Source of the DNA: Chara braunii
Lineage: Eukaryota; Plantae; Charophyceae
DNA: 64,000 nucleotides
Direction: 5' to 3'
Assembly (NCBI GenBank): GCA_003427395.1
Contig: BFEA01000026.1
Location: 1,894,880 to 1,958,879 of the forward strand
Shown here: piece by piece, positions 52,007 to 64,000 of the stretch
Layout: each line of letters starts with the position of its first letter
How positions within the stretch are numbered: the first letter of the stretch is position 1
The notes under the pieces: generated by a model
Database searches by the model: none
Told to the model about the DNA's origin: nothing
Seen by the model: only the letters and a program-made list of their open reading frames with translations
Position numbers and translations under genes: made by a program

Positions 52007-53239
52007 TACATGACAGGACATTACATGACCTTTACATGACATTGCATTCATTGGTGTTTCAGAATGAACTGTGTGCATCAGGGATGCTGACGCTGGACCC
52101 GGTTTGCAGCCGTTGCTGCTCCCCACCAATAGAATGTGACTCACTAGTACCTGATCTGGCAGAGGTGGATGCTCTTATCACCATGTCTATCAGCATCAGA
52201 GGTAAAAAAAAAAAAAGAAGAAAGAAAGAAAGAAAGAAGGAAAAAAGAATGACAGTCTGAAAAAAGGAAAATGAAATGGCAGCCGGGTGGCCTGAGCCAT
52301 TCACTGGGAGAAGAACAAAGGGACGGGCGTTGGGCGGTGTGGTGCTGCTTCATCGCATGGTGGTGGTGGTGGTGGTGGTCCTGCAGAAAATGGGAAAAAA
52401 ATTCAAAAAAACTTCCAATTTTTTTTAAAAAAAAAGGAAAATTTCAAAAGAATAATAATGTGGTGGAGGCCGCGTTAGAAACAATGAAATGGAAAGTTCC
52501 CCTCGACAGGTGGGTGGGTGGGAAAGGCCCTCTTGGAAAAGACAAAAAGGGCTTTGGGGGGGGCCACAAGGCAACTGTGCAGGGTTTATGCTTATGCGAG
52601 CCTGGTCGTAAAACAGGTCAGATCCATCTGAACTGAGCACAAATGGTATCAGCACCAGTGGAACCTGCTTCCCAGAGAACTGATCCTAACGCGTGAATCC
52701 ATGTTTTGTAAGTGTGCTGCTGGGTGATGATGGTGTGTGTGGGTGTTGACATTCTTTTGCTTTGCCTTTCTTCTTTTCCTTCATGCAACCCTTTCCCCTT
52801 CCCCCCCGGCTCCCCCCTACAGTGTGCGTTTGACTCTGTAACGAATCAAAAGGGCCTTTTCTTTTCCTGCCACCTGCCAGCCGTGTGGGACAGGGGAGGG
52901 GGGGGGGGGGGGCGGGCTCGCGAGAGGGAGGGCTGGCAGGGATGACGGGGGCGGCGACAAGGGGGCAATTGGATAGACAGATCGGGGAAGGAGGGCCGAA
53001 GGCGAAGAGAAAAAAGAGGGGGACGGTGGGGGGGGGGGGGGGGGGGGGGGGGGGTAGGGTTCATTCTGGCAACCACCACTTTTCTATCACTTACCCCACA
53101 GTGAACCCCCCTTCGGCCCCCCCTCTTCATTTCTGCCACTCCAGGAACCCCAAGAAATTGCCCCTTCTGTGATCTTGGGAGCACACAAAACTCTTGACCC
53201 CTACCCAACCCCATGAAGAGGTCAGAGTGCCCCACCTAT

Positions 53240-53370
53240 TCACCCACTCGCCCTCTCACCTACCCACTCACCCACCCACTCACTCACCCACTCACCCACC
53301 CACTCACTCACCCACTCACCCTCTCACCCTCTCACCCTCTCACCCACTCACCCACTCACCCACTCACCAC
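53240..53370 (+). repeat. (CACCCACT)n minisatellite
   Basis: Seen directly. Confidence 0.9.
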
Positions 53371-56300
53371 TCCATGTGGCTGCCAAGGGGTAGCCATAAT
53401 AGATGCAAGGTTGGCGAACAGATAACGAGTACCAATAATCCGACAGGTAGAATAAGGTTAATAAGGGCCCCCCCCTCGATAGAAAACGACAAAGAAAAGA
53501 AGGAAAAGAGACAAAGGTCAGAGGGCCATTACTCGGTCCGTATACCCAGCAGCATAATGCCTTTGAATTATCGCAAATTATGCCACTGGGTTGGCCCTAC
53601 ATGGTTGAAAGAATGACTGTTGAGGGGCGTTGGTTGACTGACTGACGCAATGAATTTCTGTTCTCTGCAACGCGCTCTGCCTTCTCCCATGAGGAGGTAT
53701 TTCACTTGCTCCGTAAACCTCCAGTGCTTTTAAAAAAAAAAAATTTAAAGACTCTGTGAGGATTGAGACATCACGGGGCCGCCCTTACAGGCATGCAAGT
53801 GTTCTGGGCTGGGGCCCCCAGAAGTGAAGGCGGGCCTGAAAATCCATGTGAGGCCTCTGTTCAACATTTTTCCATACGTGAGGTATCAGAGAGTTGCAGC
53901 ACGGCAGTTGGTTACAAAGCAACGTGAGCCGTTGCTGGCTCCTTCCAGAAGCAACAGCTGCGCTGCACAGTTGAGCCCAGGGCCCCGGTTGGTTGCGCCC
54001 TTGGCACACACATTGTGAGGCCGACATATCACACACTGGCCACGGATGAATGAGAAAGCAGTGTTGTCGTCACACAACCTCCATGGGCCAATGAAAATGT
54101 GGCAAACACTTGGAGCCTGGACGGCTGCCTGGACGTGCCCAACTGTAAAGGGCCCAGGACCGTAACAGCAGAGGTGGGCCTGGGCGCAGATTCTGGGGCC
54201 CAACTGGAACCTACTGGAAACTTCCCCAGCCAGGCCCACGCAGCCACACACAGGGATGCACTTTCCATAAAGGAAAGTGCCCTGCCCAGGCAAGGGCATT
54301 CTGGCCTTTGCAGGCAATTCGGACACGCTGCTGCGTTGCTGCGCTAGTGTCTGCATGGGCGCTGCTGGTCGGACGCGCGCACGGGCGCAGTGGTGAGAGG
54401 GGCGCTGCTGAGGCAGCGGGCGCACAGCAGCCTAAGGCCGGGCAGCTGGGGCGCGGGCAGGTGATGGCGACGGCGGTCTTCAGGTAGGAGGCGCATGAGG
54501 TGGGGAGACGAGGGGTGATGAGGGGAGATGAGGGGAGATGAGAGAACGTACCTGGTGTATGCTTGTGATGACGTCATGTACGTTGGTCTTCGACTTCGGT
54601 GTGATCCAGTTGCACGAACGTAGATAGGTGTAGATAGGCTGCTGAGTAGTGTAGGCTGGGCGCTGGGCGCCATACAAACAGTAGGTGCGACATTGGATAC
54701 TGTATTGGTGTGACCAGAGAGCGTCAACATTGGCGTACGAGTTCATTGTATTGCTCTTAATATTTGGATGGAATCTTGGTGCATTGTGCTCTCTGCTTGG
54801 TGCATGACTATCTGGGCTACTTCGTGATTTTGCAACTTGGGTTTCTGTCTATCGCTCTCGCCCATATTCCTTGCACAACTCGGCCTCAGTCTAGTAGGAC
54901 TGATGCGAGTTTCTCCTCCTATTAGGCGAGGCAGCAGTCGCTCCGGTCTATTGGTGGGGAGCCACACGTGCCGGAAGCTGGGTCCAGCATCCGAAACATA
55001 ACAAGAAGCTCGCGCGTTTATACATTTGTCTAGATACCAGGGCCATTACCCGGCTTCGGCTATGAAACCCACAGACTCCATTGTACAACTGAAAGAGCAG
55101 CCCCGGCATTTCGTCGAGTGCCCCGCAGCACCCTGCTCCTGTAACAAGGGGGACTGTTCATTCGTTAAGAAGCCAGTTCTTTTTCATAGAGTCAAACTGG
55201 AGTCAAGCTCAACAGGGTCTTCTTTCACTGCCGATTCTCCTAAGCCCGCCCGCTTGGCTGTGGTTGCACAGAGTCATAGGGCCCGTAGGTGGGACAGTGG
55301 AATCTCGATCCTATCCATTCCTTAGGGCCACTAAGTAGATGATGGGGCAATTGGCTACCTTGAATTTCTCCAATAATGATGATACTAAGGGCATGCGCAC
55401 ACTAGGACTTTCACAACTCGGCTGTGGACGTGATTGCAGCCAAATGCATCCAGGTCCCGGCGTAATAGCGGGCAGGTACATGTAGAAAAGTGCCATCGTG
55501 AGTATGCCCTGACAGCAGCAAAACAAAAAATTGCAGATGGCGGTGGTTGAACATTCCGCCGGGCAAGCTGTCCTTCCCCCTCCTCAGTCAACAGTGCTCG
55601 AGGCGAGCATAGATATCCAATATATGATAATTATCATTATAATAATACTTATCATTATAATAATAATTATCATATTGTATATCTTTCACTTATATGGCAG
55701 GGTACAGATATACAGATATGACTGCGAAGTCGTTTCCTTTTTTTGAAGGAACAAAATAAGAAAAGGAAAACATACGTCTAGGCTTTCTTGCAGCTCCGGA
55801 GAGCGCCTCTGGGGCAAGGCTTGAGAGGATTTGTGGGCCCGGAAGACCATATATGACACTCAGACTGGGACTTCTCTGGCTGAATTTGACTGCAGTTTCG
55901 GCTAGATTCCGTCAAAGGATTTGTGGTCCCTCATGGCTGATTTGTTCATTCTCCTTCCCCCCCCCCCCCCCCCCCTCCACGCCACTTTCTCCTCCCCTCC
56001 CCTTTCTAATGCGCTCAGAATGACTGTGTCAGGGTTTAGTAGGACCGCTTGATGGCTCAGAATACCCCCCATACCTCCCCCCCTCCCCTCTCCTTTCATG
56101 GATCAGGTAACCCCCGCTTTGATGAATCCCCGTGACCACCCTTTGTTGATGACTGACAGTTTGGTGGGTAAGAAGGACGATAAGCCGTTGATGGATGGAT
56201 GATAAGTATGTGGACAACCTTTTAATGGCTCTCAGCCTTCTCTAAGGATGATGGGCTACAGCTCAAGGTGACTTGTGAAGGATGGTGGTGGAGGACTGGG

Positions 56301-56389
56301 TTAACAGATTCATTCCCTTGAGGAGCACTTACACCAGCATCAGGAGGATGTCCGTCCTTAATATACTTCTCAGAAGCAGGATTGCCCGT

Positions 56390-59045
56390 TTTGCTTCTGC
56401 TCCTACTTCTGCTGCTACTGCTGCTGCGGCTGCCAATTCTGCTTTTACTGCTGCTGCCGCCACTGCTTCTGCTGTTGCTGGTACTGCTGCTGCGGCTGCC
56501 AATACTGCTTTTACTGCTGCTGCCGCCACTGCTTCTGCTGTTGCTGCTACTGCTGCTGCTGCTACCACTGCTACCGATGCTGCTGCTATTGCTCCCGCTC
56601 CTGCTGCTACTGCTACTACTACGGATACTGCTGCTGCTACTACTACTACCACTACTACCACTACTACCGCTATTGCTACTGCTACGGCTGATGCTGCTAT
56701 TGCTCCTGCTGCTGCTGCTAGTTCTGCTGCTACTCCTGATGCTACTGCTTTCACTGCTGCTCCTGCTGCCGTACTACTACCACTACTACTGCTACTGCTG
56801 CTACTGCTTCCATCACTGCTACTGCTTCTGCTGCTGCTGCTGCTATGGCTACTACTGCTGCCGCTAGTGCTGCTGACGCGGCTAATACTACTGCTTTTTA
56901 CTGCTGCTGCTACTGCTGCTGCTGGTACTACCACTACTGCTGCTACTGCTGCTGGTGCTACTACTACTGTTTCTGCTGCTACTGCGGCTGCTGCTGCTAC
57001 TGCTACTGCTTCTGCTGCTGCTACCACTGCTCCTGCTGCTACTATTGCTACTGCTGCTGCTGCGACTGATACTGCTACTGCTACTGCTGCTGCTGCAACC
57101 ACGACTGCTACTGATGTTGCTGCTGCCGCTACGACTACAGAATGACATTTTTTTAATTTTTCAGCTATTTAGTGGTTACTACTGCGTAAGGTATCCCGGA
57201 GAAGTGAGTGGTTACTACTGCGTAAGGTATCCCAGAAAAGTGAGCGGGCTAAGTACCAGTGGGGGTTATGTGTTACATGCACAGATATGTGATGTTCGTA
57301 ATAACCGAGGAACTGCAGTGTGATAAAAAGGACTGAAATGGACAATGCGGTGAGAGTAGAATCTCGACAGACAATGTGCATTCTCATACATACAAAAGTG
57401 CTGAATAGCGCAGGGAAGACTTAGATACAAAGACTGACCTGACAAGGACTGACCTCACACACGTAGTACAAGTAGCGAAGCAGAATGCTAGAATACCAAT
57501 CACGAGNNNNNNNNNNNNNNNNNNNNNNNNNNNNNNNNNNNNNNNNNNNNNNNNNNNNNNNNNNNNNNNNNNNNNNNNNNNNNNNNNNNNNNNNNNNNNN
57601 NNNNNNNNNNNNNNNNNNNNNNNNNNNNNNNNNNNNNNNNNNNNNNNNNNNNNNNNNNNNNNNNNNNNNNNNNNNNNNNNNNNNNNNNNNNNNNNNNNNN
57701 NNNNNNNNNNNNNNNNNNNNNNNNNNNNNNNNNNNNNNNNNNNNNNNNNNNNNNNNNNNNNNNNNNNNNNNNNNNNNNNNNNNNNNNNNNNNNNNNNNNN
57801 NNNNNNNNNNNNNNNNNNNNNNNNNNNNNNNNNNNNNNNNNNNNNNNNNNNNNNNNNNNNNNNNNNNNNNNNNNNNNNNNNNNNNNNNNNNNNNNNNNNN
57901 NNNNNNNNNNNNNNNNNNNNNNNNNNNNNNNNNNNNNNNNNNNNNNNNNNNNNNNNNNNNNNNNNNNNNNNNNNNNNNNNNNNNNNNNNNNNNNNNNNNN
58001 NNNNNNNNNNNNNNNNNNNNNNNNNNNNNNNNNNNNNNNNNNNNNNNNNNNNNNNNNNNNNNNNNNNNNNNNNNNNNNNNNNNNNNNNNNNNNNNNNNNN
58101 NNNNNNNNNNNNNNNNNNNNNNNNNNNNNNNNNNNNNNNNNNNNNNNNNNNNNNNNNNNNNNNNNNNNNNNNNNNNNNNNNNNNNNNNNNNNNNNNNNNN
58201 NNNNNNNNNNNNNNNNNNNNNNNNNNNNNNNNNNNNNNNNNNNNNNNNNNNNNNNNNNNNNNNNNNNNNNNNNNNNNNNNNNNNNNNNNNNNNNNNNNNN
58301 NNNNNNNNNNNNNNNNNNNNNNNNNNNNNNNNNNNNNNNNNNNNNNNNNNNNNNNNNNNNNNNNTCAGAAGGAAGCTTCCAGGCAAGAGCCTGGAAGTTT
58401 CCCTGTAGGGAAACAGGTTGGGGCCTGTACAGCATGTAAATTGGAGCGAAGTGTGCGAGAATTGCCTTGTACGTGGGTGTTGAGTGTGGTGTGCGTCGAG
58501 TTGGACACTACAGCCATGCAGGGGAGGGGTGGATATCGTGACCGGTATGGCTCCACTTTTGAACACAACGTCCTCCCTGTAGTGGTTTAGAGACTTGGCT
58601 CTTGAGGCTGAGGTCGCCGGTTTGAATCTGTGCTTGTATGGAGGAGGGCTTAGGCCCAGATATACGGATCCAGAACTACTACTACTGTGGAAGGTATTTT
58701 TCACCTCTTTTAGGCTATTTCCTTTGTATTACTGCTTGTGCTACTGTTGCTACCACTGCTACCACTGCTACCACTGCTACCACTGCTGCTGCTGCTGCTG
58801 CTGCCTGTGCTACTGTTGCTACCACTGCTGCTGCTGCTGCTGCTGCTTGTGCTACTGCTGCTACCACTGCTACCAATGCTGCTGCTGCTGCTGCTATTGC
58901 TACTGCTGCTGCTGCTACTATGACTGCTACTGATGTTGCTGCTGCTTCTGCTACTGTAGAATGATATTTTTTATTTTTTCACCTATTTATTGTTTACTAC
59001 TACTGTGGAAGGTATTTTTCAACTCTTTTCAGCTATTTCCTTTGT
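56390..59045 (+). repeat. Two (GCT/ACT)n low-complexity blocks (56390-57140, 58735-58960) with homologous right flanks
   Basis: Both end GACTGCTACTGATGTTGCTGCTGC..AGAATGA(C/T)ATTTTTT..TTTTCA.CTATTTA, so they are copies of one repeat family either side of a gap. Confidence 0.75.
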
Positions 59046-59619
59046 GGTCGATGAGCCAAACAGTGTGCATGAGCGCACAGCGTCAGCTTAGGGTCAGGGT
59101 ATGTTTTTCCCCACCAGTGCCACCACAGACCATGAGTAATCCCTCGACAAGAACTGCAACTCATAATATCAACAAAGAACTCGATCAATAGAGTACTTCG
59201 CGCATAACTTGGCACTGACACTGACTAGAGCTGTGGAGTAGAAAGAGGGTAGGAGAAGACACGCAGGCAAGGTGAGGAGGGGAGAAATAAGAGAGAGGTA
59301 AGATAAGAGAATGAGAAGAAGAAGAAGAAGAAGAAGAAGAGACCACCCAGAATAAGCACAACGTCAACTCTTTTTCTTGAAAAAATGACTGAAGACTAAA
59401 GTATGTTCTGGTGTCGTCCCTACCGGTTTCGGTTAAGAGATCGAACCATCATCAGGGGACAGGGACGAGCGCTTACTGTGGGTGGCATTTCTATGCTATT
59501 TGCAATTTTGCACCTGATTTCTCTTGACCAACTAGCCCTTCATCCGAAGTAACTTCGGCGAGCACCGAGCAGACGCCGGATGGCAGCCATCGTCGACTGC
59601 AAGCCTAGCAGAAGGCGAC

Positions 59620-59693
<74 letters not shown>

Positions 59694-59991
59694 CAGAGAG
59701 AGACAGAGAGAGACAGAGAGAGAGAGAGGCCCGTCGCCTCCCTCCTCCGGCCTCCTCCTCCCAGTTCGTGTCCCTCCTCCGTCCATCACCTTCCTCCTCC
59801 CACTTCACCTCCCTCCTATGGCTTCTCCTCTCCCATGCCACCATTGCCCCCCTCCTCCCGCTTCGCCTCCGTCCTCCCACTTCGCCTCCCCCACCCTCCC
59901 CCCAGGAACCCCCCTCAAACGGTGAACATGAAAAATAGAAAGACCCGGATTTGGGCCCCTCAGGCCAAGCGCAGAAAAGTGGCACCCACCA

Positions 59992-60071
<80 letters not shown>

Positions 60072-60092
60072 GGTTTTCATTCATGCCCGGGT

Positions 60093-60134
60093 GCCCAGCC
60101 AGGCCGGTCTGGCCGGGCGTGAAAATCTTCCTAG
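60093..60134 (+). mobile_element. Helitron-like 3' terminus
   Basis: GC-rich hairpin GCCCAGCCAGGC/GTCTGGCCGGGC, a 12-nt spacer, then CTAG followed by T. The 5' TC end was not identified. Confidence 0.5.
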
Positions 60135-60944
60135 TAATAAAATAAACAAAATTAAAATTAAAATAAAACTAAAATAAAATAAAAGGAGATTGCCACCCCA
60201 CCCATGCGGTGCTCACAACAAGGCACATATTCAACAACGGTAAGGACACGACGCTGGTATGCTCAATGGAGTGTGTGTTTTCACTCAAATCCGCAAGAAC
60301 CTGGTTAAAGATGATGAAATTGCAAACAATTCAGAAAAACTGAGCATGGCCCGCATGCTCAAGACCTCAGGCACATGGGTTGATTGAGCAATGAATCAAA
60401 TAGTCCATAATATTTGAGCAAAGTTAATTTTAAAAAAAATCCAAATTGGGGAAGACGAACGCCCTCTACGCATGGGGGGCAAATTGGGGAAGACGAACGC
60501 CCTCTACACATGGGGGGGCGGCAGGGAACGTCAGGAAAGGCCACGTTTTCTGTGCCCCGACTTCGATTCACAGAAGTCACCGTGAACCTTTTCAAAGACA
60601 AAAAAGCGGCGAATCTGTGACGACCTGTGATGTAAGGCAAAGCCATCTTGTTTTGGTGGCCCCCAACTTTTCTCCACACACTGTCAGAGGTGACCTCGAG
60701 GTTGTTCATCCCTGGCATAAGGCATAGGGCAGTGTAGTCACGTGACTGGTCTTCCGGGTATGAAGTCTTACCTTAAAGATCTGAGCACGGTCAGCGAACA
60801 AAGATAATGATGATGAGCGACTATCGTTCACACATCGGAAGACGACTCGACACTCGAGCACCACTCGCATGTTTCGCTCACCGCGGAAGTTTCACTCTAG
60901 CATTGAAATAATAAGAGAGAGATAATAACATTACTTAAAATAAG

Positions 60945-61222
60945 CTAGGCTACCAGCTGGGCCGCCCGGGTCCCGGGTGGCCAGCCCGTGCAAGGAAGGA
61001 CCAGGGAAGGTCCCAGCAAAAAAAAAAAAAAAAAAAACTAAAAAATCCAAAAAATCGGAAAAAAACCTATGTTATGCAGAAAAATAAACTAACAACTTTT
61101 GCCTCAGGGTCACATCGAAATTCTTCACCAAATTTTGAATAAAAACTTAAAATTTAAAAATATTTCTTTTATTTTTTTTGGCCCGCCCGGGCAAGTGACC
61201 CCGGGCCACTCTGGTAGCCTAG
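60945..61222. mobile_element. hAT-like MITE, second copy
   Basis: Same TIR and interior as 41859-42117; perfect 8-bp TSD AAAATAAG. Confidence 0.9.
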
Positions 61223-61620
61223 AAAATAAGTTAATACGTTATTAATTTATTAAGAAAATTATTACTATGATTTTTTTTATTATTATAATATTATTACTAT
61301 TACGTATCAATGTCCTGTAGTAACTTATGGTAATATTAACCCTTTGGGCACTTAATGTCAACGTTTCTGGCCGCTATTTCGACATTTTTTTGGAACCGAC
61401 ATTGCGAGGGATTACCCGGGCTCAAAAAAAGCCGAAATTGTGGCCGGGGACGTCAGAGTTAAAATACCCGAAGCAGTATTATACAAGGAAGTTGTTAAAA
61501 ATGTTTTTTTTTTTTTTTTTTTGCGACGGCCTTGAGATATCATCATTATCATTACGCTGACCGGCCCCAGGCAATTCAGAAATAGTTGGCTTCACAACTT
61601 TTACTCGTCAACAGGTTCCA

Positions 61621-62555
61621 TGTTGCATACTTCGATGAGTATGGGCAGAACCAAAGATCAACCAATATAGGATGAGCATGTATGCAGCGGAAGTCTGATA
61701 AACGGACTGACTCACATAGACTGACTCACATAGACTGACTCACATAGACTGACTCACATAGACTGACTCACATAGCATCACTCCACACACATACAATCGT
61801 GAGATGGTGGGGTCTGAGCCATACAGAGAAGATGCTCAGNNNNNNNNNNNNNNNNNNNNNNNNNNNNNNNNNNNNNNNNNNNNNNNNNNNNNNNNNNNNN
61901 NNNNNNNNNNNNNNNNNNNNNNNNNNNNNNNNNNNNNNNNNNNNNNNNNNNNNNNNNNNNNNNNNNNNNNNNNNNNNNNNNNNNNNNNNNNNNAGGAGGA
62001 GAAGAAGAAGAGAGCCGAGGAGGAGAGGGAGAGAGAGGGGACTGGCGAGGGGAGGGAGGAGAGAAGCCTCCGACTCCCGGTACCTCAGGCGGCTATGGCC
62101 GCCGGTAACCCAGTCGCCGCTGCTGCTGCTGCTCCGCTCGCTGCTGCTGCGCTAACGCTGCGCTGTCTGCTCCTCGCTCCTGCGCTAAACAGAGCGCTCC
62201 AACGGCACTCTGGTGCCGACCTTACCGCACTGTATCGTATACCAGTGGGTCGATGCCTCGAAGTGAGGCTGGACCGGTTCTTTATACCGGTGGGCAGAGG
62301 CCGGCCTCACTGCTGCGAGGCCTGGCCGTGCCCTGAACCGTCCAGATGGACGGTTCAGCCCCAACCGGCGGGCGGCAGCCTCAAGAGCGCCGCCAGGCCC
62401 AAACGGTAATGTCGTTTGGGCCTGCCCGTCGGGTCTGGTCCAAGGTTAGGCCTTTATGGCCTGTAGTACCCCAAGGTCGGGCCTTTAGGCCCTGGTGTGT
62501 CCCTCTAGCCCTAAGTCGGGTCCGGTAGGACCTGTGTGGCGTCGAAGATGTAACA
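61621..62555 (-). mobile_element. 3' LTR of the Ty3/Gypsy element (contains a gap)
   Basis: Termini TGTTGCAT...ATGTAACA are inverted at 7 of 8 positions. Polypurine tract AAGAGGGGGAG (minus, 62558-62568) sits just inside. Predicted 5-bp TSD is TTCCA (61616-61620). Confidence 0.75.
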
Positions 62556-62642
62556 CACTCCCCCTCTTAAAAGACCGAGCTACCTGCGAGGGCGAAGTTG
62601 TCTGTCCGATACCGGGGTGGGTCGGGCGGGACGAGCTGCGTC

Positions 62643-64000
62643 CTTAGCGGTGCGCGAGGGCTCGGTCCACTTCCTGATGTCCGTCCATGGAGGGCGGATC
62701 CTGTGATCGACGTCCGGGAAACTCATCATTTGAAGGTGGCGTGTAGATGGCCAGCTTCGATGCGTGGAAGACCCGATGCACTGTCAGGTGCGGTGGAATG
62801 TTGATCACGAAGGAAGGGCCTGCGGGATCGTCTCCAACGNCAGAAGTGACTTCCCATGGTCCGAACCATTTCGGAAGGAGTTTGCGCGAAACGTCCTGCT
62901 CGAGCGCAAATTCCTCGGAGAGGACCCAAACAAGGTCTCCCTCGGGGAAAAGGACATGGAAGTCGACGTCGGTTAGCTTGCTGCTGCATGCGGATCTGAG
63001 CCTTTTGCATATTTGCGCGGGCTTTGATCAGCAAGTCCCGGTACTTCCGGATGGAAGCGGGAGAGCAAGGGACGTCTATGTCGGCAGCCTGTGGCAAAAG
63101 GAGATAAGCGAAGATCCGTGCTTTCTCTCCACCATGATGTAGCTCGAATGGTGTGACGCAGATCGCCGGGTGCACCGAAGTGTAATAGGCGAACTCGATG
63201 TCGGGAAGCCGGTCAACCCAATCTTTCTGGTCGGGACGGATGAGCGTACGCAATATCATCTGAGCGGTCTGGTGCGCTCGTTCCGTCTGACCATCCGTCT
63301 GCGGGTGCCGAGCCGAGCTCGGTTTCATTGTCGTACCGGACTAAGTCATGAGAGAAGTCCAAAAGGCTGACATGAAACGAGTATCTCGGTCGCTCACTAT
63401 GTCTTCCGGAACACCTTGGTTGGTAATCCAACCGGTGTGCAAGAGTCGTGCGAGCTCAGGCGCTGCAGCATGATACTTGCAAGGAAGGAAGCGAGCATAC
63501 TTGCTCAAACGGTCAACGACCGTGAGAATACCGTCATGGCCGTGGCGATCGCGGGGAAACGGGCCTGTCACGTCCATAGCAATGGAGAGGCGTGGTGCCC
63601 GAGGGATCGGCAACGGTTTCAGTTCGCCGAAGGGGACTCGAGATCGACCCTTGTTTCGGTGGCAAACTGCACATGACTCGATGTACCTCGTGACGTCATG
63701 AAGGACGTCGGGCCAGTGAAAACGCTGGCGGAGGCGTGCTAGTGTGCGGTTCACGCCAAGGTGTGCCGAAAGTCGTCCGTCGTGGAATTCGCCGAGAAGA
63801 CGAGTCCGTAAGATGCTATCTTGGGGCACAACTAACAAGTNCTTTCCTCTCGTGTGAAGGAGAAGGAACCCGTCGGAAATCCGATAGTGGCTAGCCGGCG
63901 GGTGATCCGATGAAAGCTCTGCGTAAAGCGTAGAGTAAGTCGGATCGGACTTGTAGCCTTTGACGAAATGCTGCTGCAGATCGTCATCGAGGTCGAATGC
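62643..64000 (-). pseudogene. Ty3/Gypsy pol integrase region, disrupted and running off the window end
   Basis: HHCC zinc finger (FHD..AHLG..CAVC), DDE core (AMDVTG, SDRDTRF, DGQTERA) and GPY/F-like WFGPWEV. In-frame TAG at 63341-63343 and a frameshift near 62945. Confidence 0.93.

Noticed and set aside
56282-57148. 287-aa Ala/Thr-rich antifreeze- or mucin-like ORF and its overlapping ORFs
   Set aside because: Trinucleotide low-complexity sequence open in several frames on both strands, with a related block at 58735-58960.
61336-61620. piggyBac left end (TTAA|CCCTTT) interrupted by the Gypsy LTR
   Set aside because: Only 10 bp of signal and no partner TIR in the window.

Overview
Eukaryotic, repeat-rich draft-assembly window with several N gaps. 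The plant-type U2 snRNA, plant-type mitochondrial atp6 fragment and group-C bZIP intron pattern point to a streptophyte. The microsatellite load and element types resemble the charophyte alga Chara, which is inference only. The only host gene I can support is a plus-strand group-C (Opaque2/bZIP63-like) bZIP factor. Its basic region is split by a ~29.9 kb phase-2 intron (11674-41618), and a GC-rich ORF at 3836-4960 is the likely first exon. Most of the rest is intronic transposon debris: decayed L1-like LINEs, a PIF/Harbinger relic and MITEs, MULE-, hAT- and Tc1-like MITEs, tRNA-derived SINE heads, two U2 retrocopies, an atp6 NUMT inside a long-TIR element, and the 3' end of a Ty3/Gypsy element. 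The two most unusual signals are a family of (AT)n-associated retroelement ends carrying a type III hammerhead ribozyme, all sense to the bZIP pre-mRNA, and chains of TTAA-flanked mini-transposons joined through a 26-bp palindrome like a cassette array. A Nextera mate-pair junction adapter at 36790-36827 is an assembly artefact. All alignments and folds were done by eye.
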